Source: Kiritimatiellia bacterium (GTDB lineage: Bacteria > Verrucomicrobiota > Kiritimatiellia > RFP12 > UBA1067). Taken from it: a DNA stretch of 64,000 bases. A model generated the notes under the pieces. That model was not told the DNA's origin and made no database searches. It was given only the letters and a program-made list of their open reading frames with translations. Each line of letters opens with the position of its first letter. The first letter of the stretch is position 1. Of this stretch, positions 20,831 through 30,420 are shown in pieces. The translations under genes and the position numbers were made by a program. The DNA lies in the NCBI GenBank assembly GCA_050949565.1, contig JBMNFY010000001.1, positions 128,001 through 192,000 of the forward strand, written 5' to 3'.

Positions 20831-21859
20831 ATGATGATCCAGTGTGTGAGTAGCAAACTTTTGATCGTGAGCGCGGGGGCGGCAGTGGGGATGTGTGCCG
20901 GTTTGGCGTGTGCGGAGGCGCTGGTCTCGTCAGGTTTTATCTGTGATCCGTTGCCGACGCCACAGTGTCATGCATCGACCATCGCGGAGACGCCGGAGGG
21001 GATGGTGGCCGCGTGGTTCGGCGGCACGCATGAGCGGCATCAGGATGTCGGGATCTGGTTGGCGCGGCGGGAAAACGGGGCGTGGTTGCCCGCGCGGGAG
21101 GTGGCCAACGGCGTGCAGCCGGACGGCACGCGCCACCCTTGCTGGAATCCGGTGTTGCATACTGCAAAAGATGGTTCGCTGACCCTCTTTTTTAAGGTCG
21201 GGCCGGACTGCACATGGTGGTGGGGCGAGAAGATGGTCTCGCGCGATCATGGGCGTACGTGGTCTAAACCGGAGCGCCTGCCGAACGGCATGATCGGACC
21301 GATCAAGAATAAGCCGCTGGCACTGCCCGACGGACGCGTGCTGTGCGGAGCCAGCACGGAGTTCGGTCCGTGGCTGGTGCATGTTGAGACGTTCGACAGT
21401 GCGGGCACGTGGTCGCGGACCGGCCATCTGCACGGACGGCACATCAACGCGATCCAGCCGAGTTTTTTGACGCATCCGAACAACCTGCTGCAAATGGTGG
21501 GGCGTACCAGAGAGCGGCGGGTCTTCTCGATCTTTTCAAAGGACATGGGACGGACGTGGGGCGAAATGACCTTGCTGGAGGTGCCCAACCCGAATGCAGG
21601 AACGGACGCGGTGACGCTCAAGGACGGGCGGCATCTACTGGTCTGCAACCCGGTCGAGAAGGGTAGGACGCCGCTGGTCGTGATGCTTTCCGAGGATGGA
21701 CTCCGCTGGCGTGAAGTGCTGGTTCTTGAAAATGCGCCGTCGGCGGAGTTTTCGTATCCCGCTGTGATTCAGGCGGCGGACGGGCGCGTGCATGTCACCT
21801 ACACCTGGAAGCGGCGGAACGTCAAACACGCGGTTATCGACGTGTCACAATTGAAGTAG
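20831..21859 (+). CDS. BNR-repeat sialidase-fold protein (BNR_2-like), secreted
   Basis: CHASTI, AWFGG, CWNPVL, SRDHGRTW, GPIKNKP, IQPS, SKDMGRTW, PNPNAG and EFSYP motifs. Confidence 0.88.
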   Translation: MMIQCVSSKLLIVSAGAAVGMCAGLACAEALVSSGFICDPLPTPQCHASTIAETPEGMVAAWFGGTHERHQDVGIWLARRENGAWLPAREVANGVQPDGTRHPCWNPVLHTAKDGSLTLFFKVGPDCTWWWGEKMVSRDHGRTWSKPERLPNGMIGPIKNKPLALPDGRVLCGASTEFGPWLVHVETFDSAGTWSRTGHLHGRHINAIQPSFLTHPNNLLQMVGRTRERRVFSIFSKDMGRTWGEMTLLEVPNPNAGTDAVTLKDGRHLLVCNPVEKGRTPLVVMLSEDGLRWREVLVLENAPSAEFSYPAVIQAADGRVHVTYTWKRRNVKHAVIDVSQLK

Positions 21860-21865
21860 AACAGA

Positions 21866-21964
21866 GAGGCTCTTGCAAACCCCCGTGACATGGGCGTCTC
21901 GCCCATGAAACACGGGCAAGATGCCCGTGCCACACCTGTAACCAAAGGGTTTTGCAAGAGTCTC
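21866..21964. mobile_element. 99-bp MITE with IS5/IS1182-like terminal inverted repeats, 4-bp target duplication CAGA and an internal REP doublet
   Basis: Left end GAGGCTCTTGCAAACCCC, right end GGGTTTTGCAAGAGTCTC (16/18 inverted match). CAGA at 21862-21865 and 21965-21968. Internal 21885-21933 is the inverse of 939-987. Confidence 0.75.
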
Positions 21965-21984
21965 CAGAGAAAGGGAGAAATGAG

Positions 21985-23301
21985 ATGAATACTTACGCAA
22001 GGACATGGGTTATGATCGGCGTTGTCGCTTGCGCGGTCGGCGTAATGGCGGAGACATCATGGCGCGTCAAGCCGCTGGCGGATGACTATGTGGTGGTATG
22101 CGAATCACCTTCGCCTTCGAATGTGTATTGCTACACGCCGGGGCTGGCCGTCGCCGGACAGGGGCGTCTGGTGGCGACCATGGATTTCGGCGGTTCGGGT
22201 TGGAAAAAAGAAGAACCGCGCGGGCGGATTTTTGTATCGGATGACCGCGGCAAAAGTTGGGCGCAGCGCGCATCATTTCCGTTCCTTCATGCACGACCCT
22301 TCATGGCGGGCAAGACGCTATATGTGCTGGGGCATGCCGGAGACTTGATGGTGGTGAGGTCCGATGACAACGGTGAAACTTGGTCAGAAGCGGTCAAGTT
22401 GACCGATAAGCAGAACTGGCACCAGTCGGCGTGCAATGTCTGGACCGCCAACGGGTGCGTCTATCTCGTCATGGAACGGCGCGTGTCACAGGCGATTAAG
22501 TCGTGGCCGGTCGGCGAACTCGCACCGGTGTTGATGCGCGGCCGTCTGGATGCCGATCTCACACGGCGCGAGAACTGGACGTTCGCCTCGGAACTGTCGT
22601 TCCACGATACCCTTCCAAACATCGAAAAAGACCCCGGCATTGATTTCTTCGGTGTGCCGTTCTATGACTCGGCCTACCCGCGCGGCGCGCTGCCGGCACC
22701 GCGCCGTAACAGTGCGCCGATCGGTTGGCTGGAAACCAATGTGATCCAATTCACCGATCCCGGCCACTATTGGTACGATCCTGCCGGCAAGACCTTTCAC
22801 CTCTGGATGCGCGCGCACACCGGCGGCACCGGCTATGCGGCGGTTGCCAAGGTAGTGGAGCGGGCCGACGGCAGTATGGTGACCCAACTGGAGAAAGTGC
22901 CCTCCGGCAAGTCTGCGCTCTTTTTGCCCTGCCCCGGCGGCCAGATGCGTTTTCATGTGCTGTATGACGCGCCGACGCGGCTCTTCTGGTTGCTCAGCAC
23001 ACAGGCGACCGACTCCATGACGCGTGCGGAGATGCTGCCGGATGACCGCTACAATCTGCCGAATAACGAGCGCCACCGCTTGCAGCTCCATTTTTCCAAA
23101 AACATGGTGGACTGGTGTTTCGCGGGACTTGTGGCAACCGGAAAGACGCCGCGCGAAGCCCGTCACTACGCCTCAATGGTGATTGACGGTGATGACCTGC
23201 ACGTGCTGTCACGTAGCGGCGATAGCCGTGCCAAGAGCGCGCATGACGGAAATCTGATCACGTTCCACACGGTCAAAAAATTCAGGGATCTGGTGTATTA
23301 G
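21985..23301 (+). CDS. Secreted BNR/sialidase-fold protein
   Basis: Signal peptide, Asp-boxes SDDRGKSW and SDDNGETW, GWLETN, RHYAS and AHDGNLITFH. Confidence 0.8.
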   Translation: MNTYARTWVMIGVVACAVGVMAETSWRVKPLADDYVVVCESPSPSNVYCYTPGLAVAGQGRLVATMDFGGSGWKKEEPRGRIFVSDDRGKSWAQRASFPFLHARPFMAGKTLYVLGHAGDLMVVRSDDNGETWSEAVKLTDKQNWHQSACNVWTANGCVYLVMERRVSQAIKSWPVGELAPVLMRGRLDADLTRRENWTFASELSFHDTLPNIEKDPGIDFFGVPFYDSAYPRGALPAPRRNSAPIGWLETNVIQFTDPGHYWYDPAGKTFHLWMRAHTGGTGYAAVAKVVERADGSMVTQLEKVPSGKSALFLPCPGGQMRFHVLYDAPTRLFWLLSTQATDSMTRAEMLPDDRYNLPNNERHRLQLHFSKNMVDWCFAGLVATGKTPREARHYASMVIDGDDLHVLSRSGDSRAKSAHDGNLITFHTVKKFRDLVY

Positions 23302-23307
23302 TGCCTT

Positions 23308-24807
23308 ATGAATTTACCGCTTGTTGATCTCTTAGTCTTCGTCGCCTATTTGGTCGGTGTGACCGCGTTTGGTTGCTCGTTCTACTTCAGGCGTGGTGCC
23401 GCCGACGCGGCGGATACCTTTACCTCGGGCGGCGGACGGTTGCCGGCGTGGGCGGTGGGCATGTCGATCTTCGCGACATTCGTCAGCAGTATCAGCTTTT
23501 TGGGGTTGCCAGCCAAGGCGTATGTCGGAAACTGGAACGCCTTCGTTTTCAGTCTGTCGATTCCTGTGGCCTCATGGATGGCGGTGCGGTTTTTCGTGCC
23601 GCTTTACCGCAGCCTGAACAGTGCTTCGGCCTACAGTTATCTGGAGACGCGCTTCGGGCCCTGGGCGCGCATCTACGCCTCGCTCTGTTATCTGGTCACG
23701 CAGATCGCGCGGATGGGCACGATCCTCTATCTATTGGCGCTGCCGATGAATGCGCTACTGGGGTGGTCGGTGCCAATGCTGATCGTTGTGACGGGGGTGG
23801 GCACGCTGCTCTATTGCGCGATGGGCGGCATCCAAGCCGTCATCTGGACTGACGCCGTGCAGGGCATCATCCTGATCGGTGGGACGCTGCTCTGTCTGGC
23901 GGTGCTGCTCATCACAATGCCGCAGGGTATCGGGCAGGCGTGGACACTCGCGGTGTCGGAAGGCAAGATGAGCTTGGGAAGCTGGTCGTTGACGGACTGG
24001 GGCAGCGAAACCTTCTGGGTTTGCCTGATCTACGGAATCTTCATCAACATGCAGAACTACGGCATCGACCAAAACTACATCCAGCGGTATATCACAGCGC
24101 GCGACCACCGCGATGCGGTGCGTTCAACGCTCTTCGGCTCTCTGCTTTATGTGCCGGTCTCGTTTCTCTTTTTCCTGATCGGTACCGCGTTGTACGCCTA
24201 CTACCATGCGCGCCCGGATTTGCTGCCGGCTGAAATCGCGGCGCGTCCCGATCAGATTCTACCCTTCTTCATTGTCAAGGGGCTGCCGGTCGGCATCACA
24301 GGGCTCTTGATCGCCGCGATTTTCGCGGCCGGCATGAGCACGGTCTCCACCAGTCTCAACAGTGGCGCGACGATCATACTTGAGGATTACTACAAACGGT
24401 TCGTGGATCCGCAGGTGCAAGACTCGCGCGCGTTGCGCGTGTTGCAGGGGGCGACGGTGGCGCTGGCGGTGCTGGGGGTGGGGTGTGCGCTGGCGATGAT
24501 GCATGTCAGGAGCGCGCTTGATGCCTGGTGGGCAATGCAATCCATCTTTAGCGGCGGTATGCTCGGTCTGTTTCTGTTGGGGTATTTCTGTCAGAAGGCG
24601 CGGAATCCCGAAGCGGCGCTTGGCGTGGTGCTGGGTGTGTTGACGATCGCGTGGGTCAGCGTGTGGCAGAAGCGGTGGCCGCTACCGGTGGCGATCCATC
24701 AGAATTTGTCGATCGTGTTGGGTACGACGGTGATCTTTGTGACCGGCTTTCTTGGCTCGACTTTGCTGCGACCGGTCAGAGTCGGGCGTTTGCGCGGTAA
24801 GATGTGA
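23308..24807 (+). CDS. Sodium:solute symporter (SSS family, SiaT-like sugar-acid transporter)
   Basis: Many TM helices. GMSIFATFVSSISFLG.P, SAYSYLE.RFG, GGI.AVIWTD..Q, DQNYIQRY and AAIFAAGMST motifs. Confidence 0.93.
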   Translation: MNLPLVDLLVFVAYLVGVTAFGCSFYFRRGAADAADTFTSGGGRLPAWAVGMSIFATFVSSISFLGLPAKAYVGNWNAFVFSLSIPVASWMAVRFFVPLYRSLNSASAYSYLETRFGPWARIYASLCYLVTQIARMGTILYLLALPMNALLGWSVPMLIVVTGVGTLLYCAMGGIQAVIWTDAVQGIILIGGTLLCLAVLLITMPQGIGQAWTLAVSEGKMSLGSWSLTDWGSETFWVCLIYGIFINMQNYGIDQNYIQRYITARDHRDAVRSTLFGSLLYVPVSFLFFLIGTALYAYYHARPDLLPAEIAARPDQILPFFIVKGLPVGITGLLIAAIFAAGMSTVSTSLNSGATIILEDYYKRFVDPQVQDSRALRVLQGATVALAVLGVGCALAMMHVRSALDAWWAMQSIFSGGMLGLFLLGYFCQKARNPEAALGVVLGVLTIAWVSVWQKRWPLPVAIHQNLSIVLGTTVIFVTGFLGSTLLRPVRVGRLRGKM

Positions 24808-24845
24808 AGTGAGGACCATAATAAGTGACGAGAGGAGAACGAGGG

Positions 24846-27269
24846 ATGACAATGAAAAGCATGTCAAGGGTTGGAGGCCGGTTATGGTGCGCATTGGGGT
24901 GCGTGGTTCTTTGTGTTGCAGCGTTCGCGGAGGAGGCTGCGCAGCAACGGGTAGAGACGGAGACGCTGATCATCAGCGGAACGGGGTGGACGCTCCAACC
25001 GCTGGCAAACGGCGCGAAGGCTTTTTCCAATCGGACGTATGTGTGGATGGACCTGCCGCGCGACACCGCAACGTGGCGCTACACGCAAATCGCGGGTGGC
25101 GAGCCTGCGGTCGTGGAGGTCGAGGCACGCAAGGACACGACGGTCCACATGGCGAGCACGGTCACGAATCCCGACGCGCGGTTCGATGGCTGGTCGCCTG
25201 TTGCGGGCGTGAACTTCCGCTATACCGACGCAGGCCGCACGCGGTTGCATGTGTACGCACGGAAACTCAAGGCGGGCGAGCGTGCGTCGCTGCCGCAGGG
25301 CACCTGGGCGGGCGGCTTGTTGTTGCTGGGTCTTGAGGTCGAAGGCTCGCTCGAACGCCTGCCCTACAACAATCCGGGCTTGACGGTTTATCTAGGCGTT
25401 GGCCTGTGGGCGTGGCCGCTGCCGATGGACGCGGATGACGACGGCGATCTTGATCTGGTGGTGTCCTGTCCGGATCAGCCGTACAACGGAATCTATGTGT
25501 TCGAGAATCCTACCGGCCGTACCTCGCCGCGCGGATGGATGCTCGGGTTGGATGGCGGGGCGCGCATGCCGGTGTTTAAGGCCGCGCGCAGACTCAGCCG
25601 TTCGCCTTCAAACGTGCAGGTGAGTTTTGTCGATGGCGTGCCGCACGTTCTGACGCCGGCCACGATGCACCCTGAGTTCAAACAGGTCGGGACCGCTCGG
25701 GGTGTCGGGATCAAGGGCGAAAACATCAAGTCGAATATCCACACGAACAGAGTACGCGCCAACATGTGGCGCTATGTCGATTACGACGGCGACGGTGCGC
25801 AAGACTTGATCGTCGGCGTCGGCGACTGGACATCCTATGGATGGGATAACGCCTACAACGCCGAGGGCGTCTGGACCAACGGGCCGTTGCGCGGACTGGT
25901 CTATTGGCTGCGCAATCGCGGTACCACACAGCAACCCGATTACGCTCCGGCAGAGTTGGTGCTGGCGGCGGGGCAACCGCTGGAGGTGTTTGGCTGGCCT
26001 TCGCCAAACTTTGCAGACTGGGACGGGGATGGAGACCTTGATCTGCTGTGTGGGGAGTTTCTAGACGGATTCACCTATTTTGAGAACATCGGCTCGCGCA
26101 CGCATCCGGAGTATGCGGCGGGGCGTCGTCTGGTGGGCAGCGACGGCCGTCCGCTGGTGATGGATTTGCAGATGATCACGCCCACGGCCATCGACTGGGA
26201 CGGCGACGGCGACTTGGACCTGATCTGCGGCGATGAAGACGGGCGCGTGGCATTTATCGAGAACACCGGCTCGCTGTGCGCGGAGCGCATGCCCCGCTTC
26301 CGGCAGCCGCGTTACTTCCGTCAGGAGGCGCAGGATGTGAAGTTCGGCGCGCTGGTGACGCCGTTTGGGTGCGACTGGGACGGCGATGGTGACTGGGATT
26401 TGATTTGCGGTAACACAGCCGGGTATATCGCATTCATCGAAAACCTGAGCGGGAAGGGCGTGGAGCAGCCGGTTTGGGCCGAGCCGAAATTGCTGGAGGC
26501 CGACGGGAAGGTGCTGCGGGTCATGGCTGGCCCGAATGGCAGCATCCAGGGGCCGTGTGAAGCGAAGTGGGGTTACACCACGCAGACCGTGTGCGACTGG
26601 GACGGCGACGGACGGCTGGACATCGTGGCGAACTCGATCTTGGGCAAGGTACATTGGTACCGCAACATCGGCACGCGCCGGAAGCCGGTTCTGGCCGCCG
26701 CGCAGCCGATCGAGGTCGAGTGGGAGGGTGCCCAGCCGATTTTGGATTGGGGATGGATGCGGCCCGAGGGCAAGGCCCTGCTCACGCAGTGGCGTACGAC
26801 GCCGGTCACGGTGGATTGGAACCGCGATGGACTGGTGGACCTCGTGATGCTGGATCAAGAGGGCGACCTCGCCTTTTTCGAACGGGCTCTGCGCGATGGA
26901 GAGCGTGTCCTGTTGCATCCGCGCCGCGTGTTCTGCAACGAGAAGGGCGAGCCGCTCCGCTTCAACCGCGGTCGCGCGGGAGGCAGCGGACGCCGCAAGC
27001 TGTGCATCACGGATTGGGACGGCGATGGACGGCTGGACATTCTGATCAACTCCAAAAATGCCGAGTGGTGGCGGCAGACCGAGGCCAAGGACGGACGCTT
27101 CTTCTTTGCGAACATGGGAAATCTCCACATCAAGAACATCGAGGGTCATGATGTCAGTCCGACGGTCGTGGACTTTAATGACGACGGCGTGCCGGACTTC
27201 ATCGGTGGTGCGGAAGACGGCTTTCTTTATTATCTGCGCAACCCGCGCACGTCCGCCCGTTCTCACTGA
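24846..27269 (+). CDS. Secreted FG-GAP/VCBS-repeat beta-propeller protein
   Basis: Multiple D[WY]DGDGD.DL repeats and a signal peptide. Confidence 0.9.
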   Translation: MTMKSMSRVGGRLWCALGCVVLCVAAFAEEAAQQRVETETLIISGTGWTLQPLANGAKAFSNRTYVWMDLPRDTATWRYTQIAGGEPAVVEVEARKDTTVHMASTVTNPDARFDGWSPVAGVNFRYTDAGRTRLHVYARKLKAGERASLPQGTWAGGLLLLGLEVEGSLERLPYNNPGLTVYLGVGLWAWPLPMDADDDGDLDLVVSCPDQPYNGIYVFENPTGRTSPRGWMLGLDGGARMPVFKAARRLSRSPSNVQVSFVDGVPHVLTPATMHPEFKQVGTARGVGIKGENIKSNIHTNRVRANMWRYVDYDGDGAQDLIVGVGDWTSYGWDNAYNAEGVWTNGPLRGLVYWLRNRGTTQQPDYAPAELVLAAGQPLEVFGWPSPNFADWDGDGDLDLLCGEFLDGFTYFENIGSRTHPEYAAGRRLVGSDGRPLVMDLQMITPTAIDWDGDGDLDLICGDEDGRVAFIENTGSLCAERMPRFRQPRYFRQEAQDVKFGALVTPFGCDWDGDGDWDLICGNTAGYIAFIENLSGKGVEQPVWAEPKLLEADGKVLRVMAGPNGSIQGPCEAKWGYTTQTVCDWDGDGRLDIVANSILGKVHWYRNIGTRRKPVLAAAQPIEVEWEGAQPILDWGWMRPEGKALLTQWRTTPVTVDWNRDGLVDLVMLDQEGDLAFFERALRDGERVLLHPRRVFCNEKGEPLRFNRGRAGGSGRRKLCITDWDGDGRLDILINSKNAEWWRQTEAKDGRFFFANMGNLHIKNIEGHDVSPTVVDFNDDGVPDFIGGAEDGFLYYLRNPRTSARSH

Positions 27270-27292
27270 AATCTTGACGCGAAAGGAGCACA

Positions 27293-30145
27293 ATGATGAA
27301 CGTGGTGCATAGCGGTTGGATCGGCGGGATTGTTTGTTTGATGACGGCGCAGATTGTTTGCGCCGCGTTGCCGCAGGACGCGCAGGTGGTGCAAGCCGAA
27401 GCGATGACGCTGAGCAGCGGCTGGAGCGTCTTGGAGCATGACCCCAAGGCGTGGTATGCGGGCCGTCCTTTTGGACAGATGCTGAGCGGCAGGAACGGCG
27501 AGCCGGGGGCGGCCACTGCGACGGTGACCCTGCCCGTAGGAGGCCGCTATCGCGTGTGGGTGCGCTATCTGGACATCATCACGCACCGCGCCCGGACGGG
27601 CTTCGCGGTGACCGCCGAGCAGGAGGACCGGCAGGTGGCGCGCGCGGAGATGGGGGCGGAAGAGGTCTCGCCGCGTGCCACGCCTGAGGGCGAGAAAAAA
27701 TGGGGTTCCGGTTACTCGCGTTGGATGTGGCGTGCCGCCGAGTTTGACGCCGCCGCTGGCCCTCTGCGCCTCGCCGTGGAGAAACTGCATGCCGTGCCGG
27801 TCACAGCCTATACGCGTAGCTTGGATGTGATGATCGTGACGACGAACCTGATGTACGAGCCGCGCGTGACCGACCTCACGCCGTTCTACCTGAAGGTGCG
27901 CATGCTGCCGGAGCAAAAGGTGCCGGCCGTTATTCATTTCTGGGGACGTCGTCCGTTCGCGCCGTGGTACACCGATCACGCGAACATCAACCTCAAGGGT
28001 ATCGTGCGTAGTATCTACGCGGGGTCTGAGGACAAGCCCGGCATCCGCATGGCGGCCGGTGACGAGAGCCCGTGGGTGGATGTCTCCTCGTATCTCGCCT
28101 ACGGTGGGCTCAACCAGATCAGCCTGTACGCGATGCGCGTTTACGGCAAGCCGGAACCCGAGGCGGCTTTCGAGGTGTTTTTCTCAAAGACGCCGTCCGA
28201 GGATGGCCTTATGCAGCGCGAGACGCGGCGCGGCACAGGCGACGGCTACATATTCGCGATCGACTTGACGGATTACCGCCTCGTGACCGAACGCGTCGGG
28301 AGCGATGCCTCGCTGGCCATGGCGCGGGCCGTGCCGCAGGTGCCGGGCAAGCCGCCGTCGGCTTTTCCCTTTTTTACCGGCATGGCGCTGCGCGAGGATC
28401 GCTCGTCCGCGCAGGCGGTGACGAATGAGCTTGAAGCGCTCCGCCTGATCGGGGTCAATGATGCGAAACGGCGGCCGTCGCACTTCTTCTTTCATCATAC
28501 GGTTGCTCCGGGCTGTCTCGGTCAGCCTGATCGTGCGCGTATCGATGCGCTGTTCACGGACGTTGCGCGCAAACATCCGGACCGTTCCAATTGGGTCGCG
28601 ATCAACTTGATGGATGAGCCGGGGTTTGACTTCAAGCACATCGAAGCCTGCGCCGCCTGCCGGCAAGGGTTTGCGCCTTTTCTGGAACAGGCGGGGGTGC
28701 CGCAGGATATGCGGACCGGCCTGACGCTGAACAACAATCCGGAAGGTACGAACGTACAACAGAAGGTCTCGTATTACTACACCCGGCGCTACATGAACCA
28801 TCTGATGACGGAGATGCTGCGCGCGGGTCATACCAGCGTGCAGCGGCACATGCCCGGCGTACCCACGACCGCCAACTTCGCCTGCGAGTTGCTGGAGGGC
28901 AATTTGGTGTCGCGCTGCGTCGACTGGTTCGAGATTTTTGGGTCGGGTGCCTTGACCTACGGCTGGCACGAGGATTGGGGCGGCTGGGCGCGTACGCGGC
29001 AGATCAACGGCTACTACGTTGATGTGATGCGCGCCGCATGCCGCAAGCCGGGCATTGAGTACGGCATCTACAACATTCTCGCCCGGACGCCGTGGGAGAT
29101 TCAGGCGCGCGCCTTTCTGGAGTTCGGCCACGGCGTCAGGTCGATGCACTTTTTCAACTACGGGCCGTACTACGCGATCACCAGCGATGCGAACAGCCAT
29201 CGTCCGGAAATCTACGACGCGATCAAGCGGGTGACCTTCACGATGGGCGCGGTCGAACGCGATGTATTGGCCAGTCGCCCGGCGCGTGGCGATGTCGCCC
29301 AGCTTCTCAGCGTAAGCGGGGATATTTGGTACGCAACACGCGACAATGTGTTCGGTAAAGAGCGTACATGGCTCCATCTGTTGCTGCGCCATTGCAGAGT
29401 AAGTTGCGACATCCTGCACGAAGATGAACTTGCCGCATCACTGGCCCCGTACCGCGTCCTGTTCGCGAACGACGCCCATCTGAAGCGCGCGGCACTGGCG
29501 CCGCTGACGGCATGGGTGCGTGATGGCGGCGTGCTTGTGTTGGGGGCAGGCGCGTTGACAAGTGACGAGTTCGGCGCACCGCTCGGTTTGGACAAGGCGC
29601 TGGGCTTCTCGCGCGAGCCGCTGGTGTTGCGCGATCTTCCGGGACGCGCCGAGTATGAAATGCCGCGCCTGAAACCGCTCGGCGAATATCGCGGCATGCC
29701 GCTGCTGTGCGGGACGAACGCGCCATTGGAACATGCGGTTGCGGCAGGCCGCGGCCGGATCGTCCAAACCGGCTTCTTCCCCGGCATCAGTTATATCGCG
29801 ACATCAAAGCGACCCGATGCAGCCGAGTATTCGGTCTTGGATTTCGAAGCGGCGCACCGCAACTGGATGACGGCCTTCTTGGGGACGCTCGACGTACGGC
29901 CCAGAATACGCGTCACGCCGTACAACATCGAGGTCAACCTGCTGGAATCCGCTGAGGCGGACGTGCTTGCGGTATCGAACTGGAGCGGCAAGCGGGCGAC
30001 CGTGAGCATCGAGATAGACCGCGCGCCTGCTTACCGTGCGGTCGAGCCGGTCGCGGGGCGTTTGATCGAAAAGAGCATCACGCAACAGACACTCCGCCTC
30101 GTACTTGAGGTCGACGCCGGCGACCTTGTTCGCTTGGCGCGTTGA
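27293..30145 (+). CDS. Secreted putative glycoside hydrolase (GH42-like TIM barrel plus trimerisation-like domain)
   Basis: Signal peptide. NLMDEP (acid/base-like) followed by C..C...F..FL. Late DILHED.L...L..YRVL and WVRDGGVLV motifs typical of the beta-galactosidase trimerisation domain. Confidence 0.55.
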   Translation: MMNVVHSGWIGGIVCLMTAQIVCAALPQDAQVVQAEAMTLSSGWSVLEHDPKAWYAGRPFGQMLSGRNGEPGAATATVTLPVGGRYRVWVRYLDIITHRARTGFAVTAEQEDRQVARAEMGAEEVSPRATPEGEKKWGSGYSRWMWRAAEFDAAAGPLRLAVEKLHAVPVTAYTRSLDVMIVTTNLMYEPRVTDLTPFYLKVRMLPEQKVPAVIHFWGRRPFAPWYTDHANINLKGIVRSIYAGSEDKPGIRMAAGDESPWVDVSSYLAYGGLNQISLYAMRVYGKPEPEAAFEVFFSKTPSEDGLMQRETRRGTGDGYIFAIDLTDYRLVTERVGSDASLAMARAVPQVPGKPPSAFPFFTGMALREDRSSAQAVTNELEALRLIGVNDAKRRPSHFFFHHTVAPGCLGQPDRARIDALFTDVARKHPDRSNWVAINLMDEPGFDFKHIEACAACRQGFAPFLEQAGVPQDMRTGLTLNNNPEGTNVQQKVSYYYTRRYMNHLMTEMLRAGHTSVQRHMPGVPTTANFACELLEGNLVSRCVDWFEIFGSGALTYGWHEDWGGWARTRQINGYYVDVMRAACRKPGIEYGIYNILARTPWEIQARAFLEFGHGVRSMHFFNYGPYYAITSDANSHRPEIYDAIKRVTFTMGAVERDVLASRPARGDVAQLLSVSGDIWYATRDNVFGKERTWLHLLLRHCRVSCDILHEDELAASLAPYRVLFANDAHLKRAALAPLTAWVRDGGVLVLGAGALTSDEFGAPLGLDKALGFSREPLVLRDLPGRAEYEMPRLKPLGEYRGMPLLCGTNAPLEHAVAAGRGRIVQTGFFPGISYIATSKRPDAAEYSVLDFEAAHRNWMTAFLGTLDVRPRIRVTPYNIEVNLLESAEADVLAVSNWSGKRATVSIEIDRAPAYRAVEPVAGRLIEKSITQQTLRLVLEVDAGDLVRLAR

Positions 30146-30163
30146 GCGTTCCACCGATTATGA

Positions 30164-30193
30164 TTGATCCCCGGCCCCTGAAAAAGCTAAGAT
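30164..30193 (+). promoter_or_regulatory. Putative sigma70 promoter of the tRNA
   Basis: TTGATC-N18-TAAGAT, ending about 36 bp upstream of the tRNA. Confidence 0.45.
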
Positions 30194-30229
30194 GACAGGC
30201 AATTGAAGGCGGGGACGCCCGCATTTCAA

Positions 30230-30306
30230 AGGCCAGTAGCTCAGTAGGACAGAGCACTAGATTCCTAATCTGGGGGTCGCCGGTTCGACTCCGGCCTGGC
30301 CTACCA
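30230..30306 (+). tRNA. tRNA-Arg (anticodon CCT)
   Basis: Acceptor stem AGGCCAG/CTGGCCT plus ACCA, D arm GCTCAGTAGGACAGAGC, anticodon arm CTAGA-TTCCTAA-TCTGG, T loop GGTTCGACTCC. Confidence 0.97.
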
Positions 30307-30353
30307 ATCCTCAGGCCCCGGCAAAGCCGATGTTTTGCCGGGGCCTGAGGATT
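30306..30353. terminator. 20-bp perfect hairpin after the tRNA (probable bidirectional terminator)
   Basis: AATCCTCAGGCCCCGGCAAA-8 nt-TTTGCCGGGGCCTGAGGATT, between the tRNA and the convergent acyltransferase. Confidence 0.75.
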
Positions 30354-30420
30354 TAAAATCAGCGTATGATGACCATTGATCCCAACTTGCCGTTTGAAAT
30401 CTCATACACTCTATCCGGGC

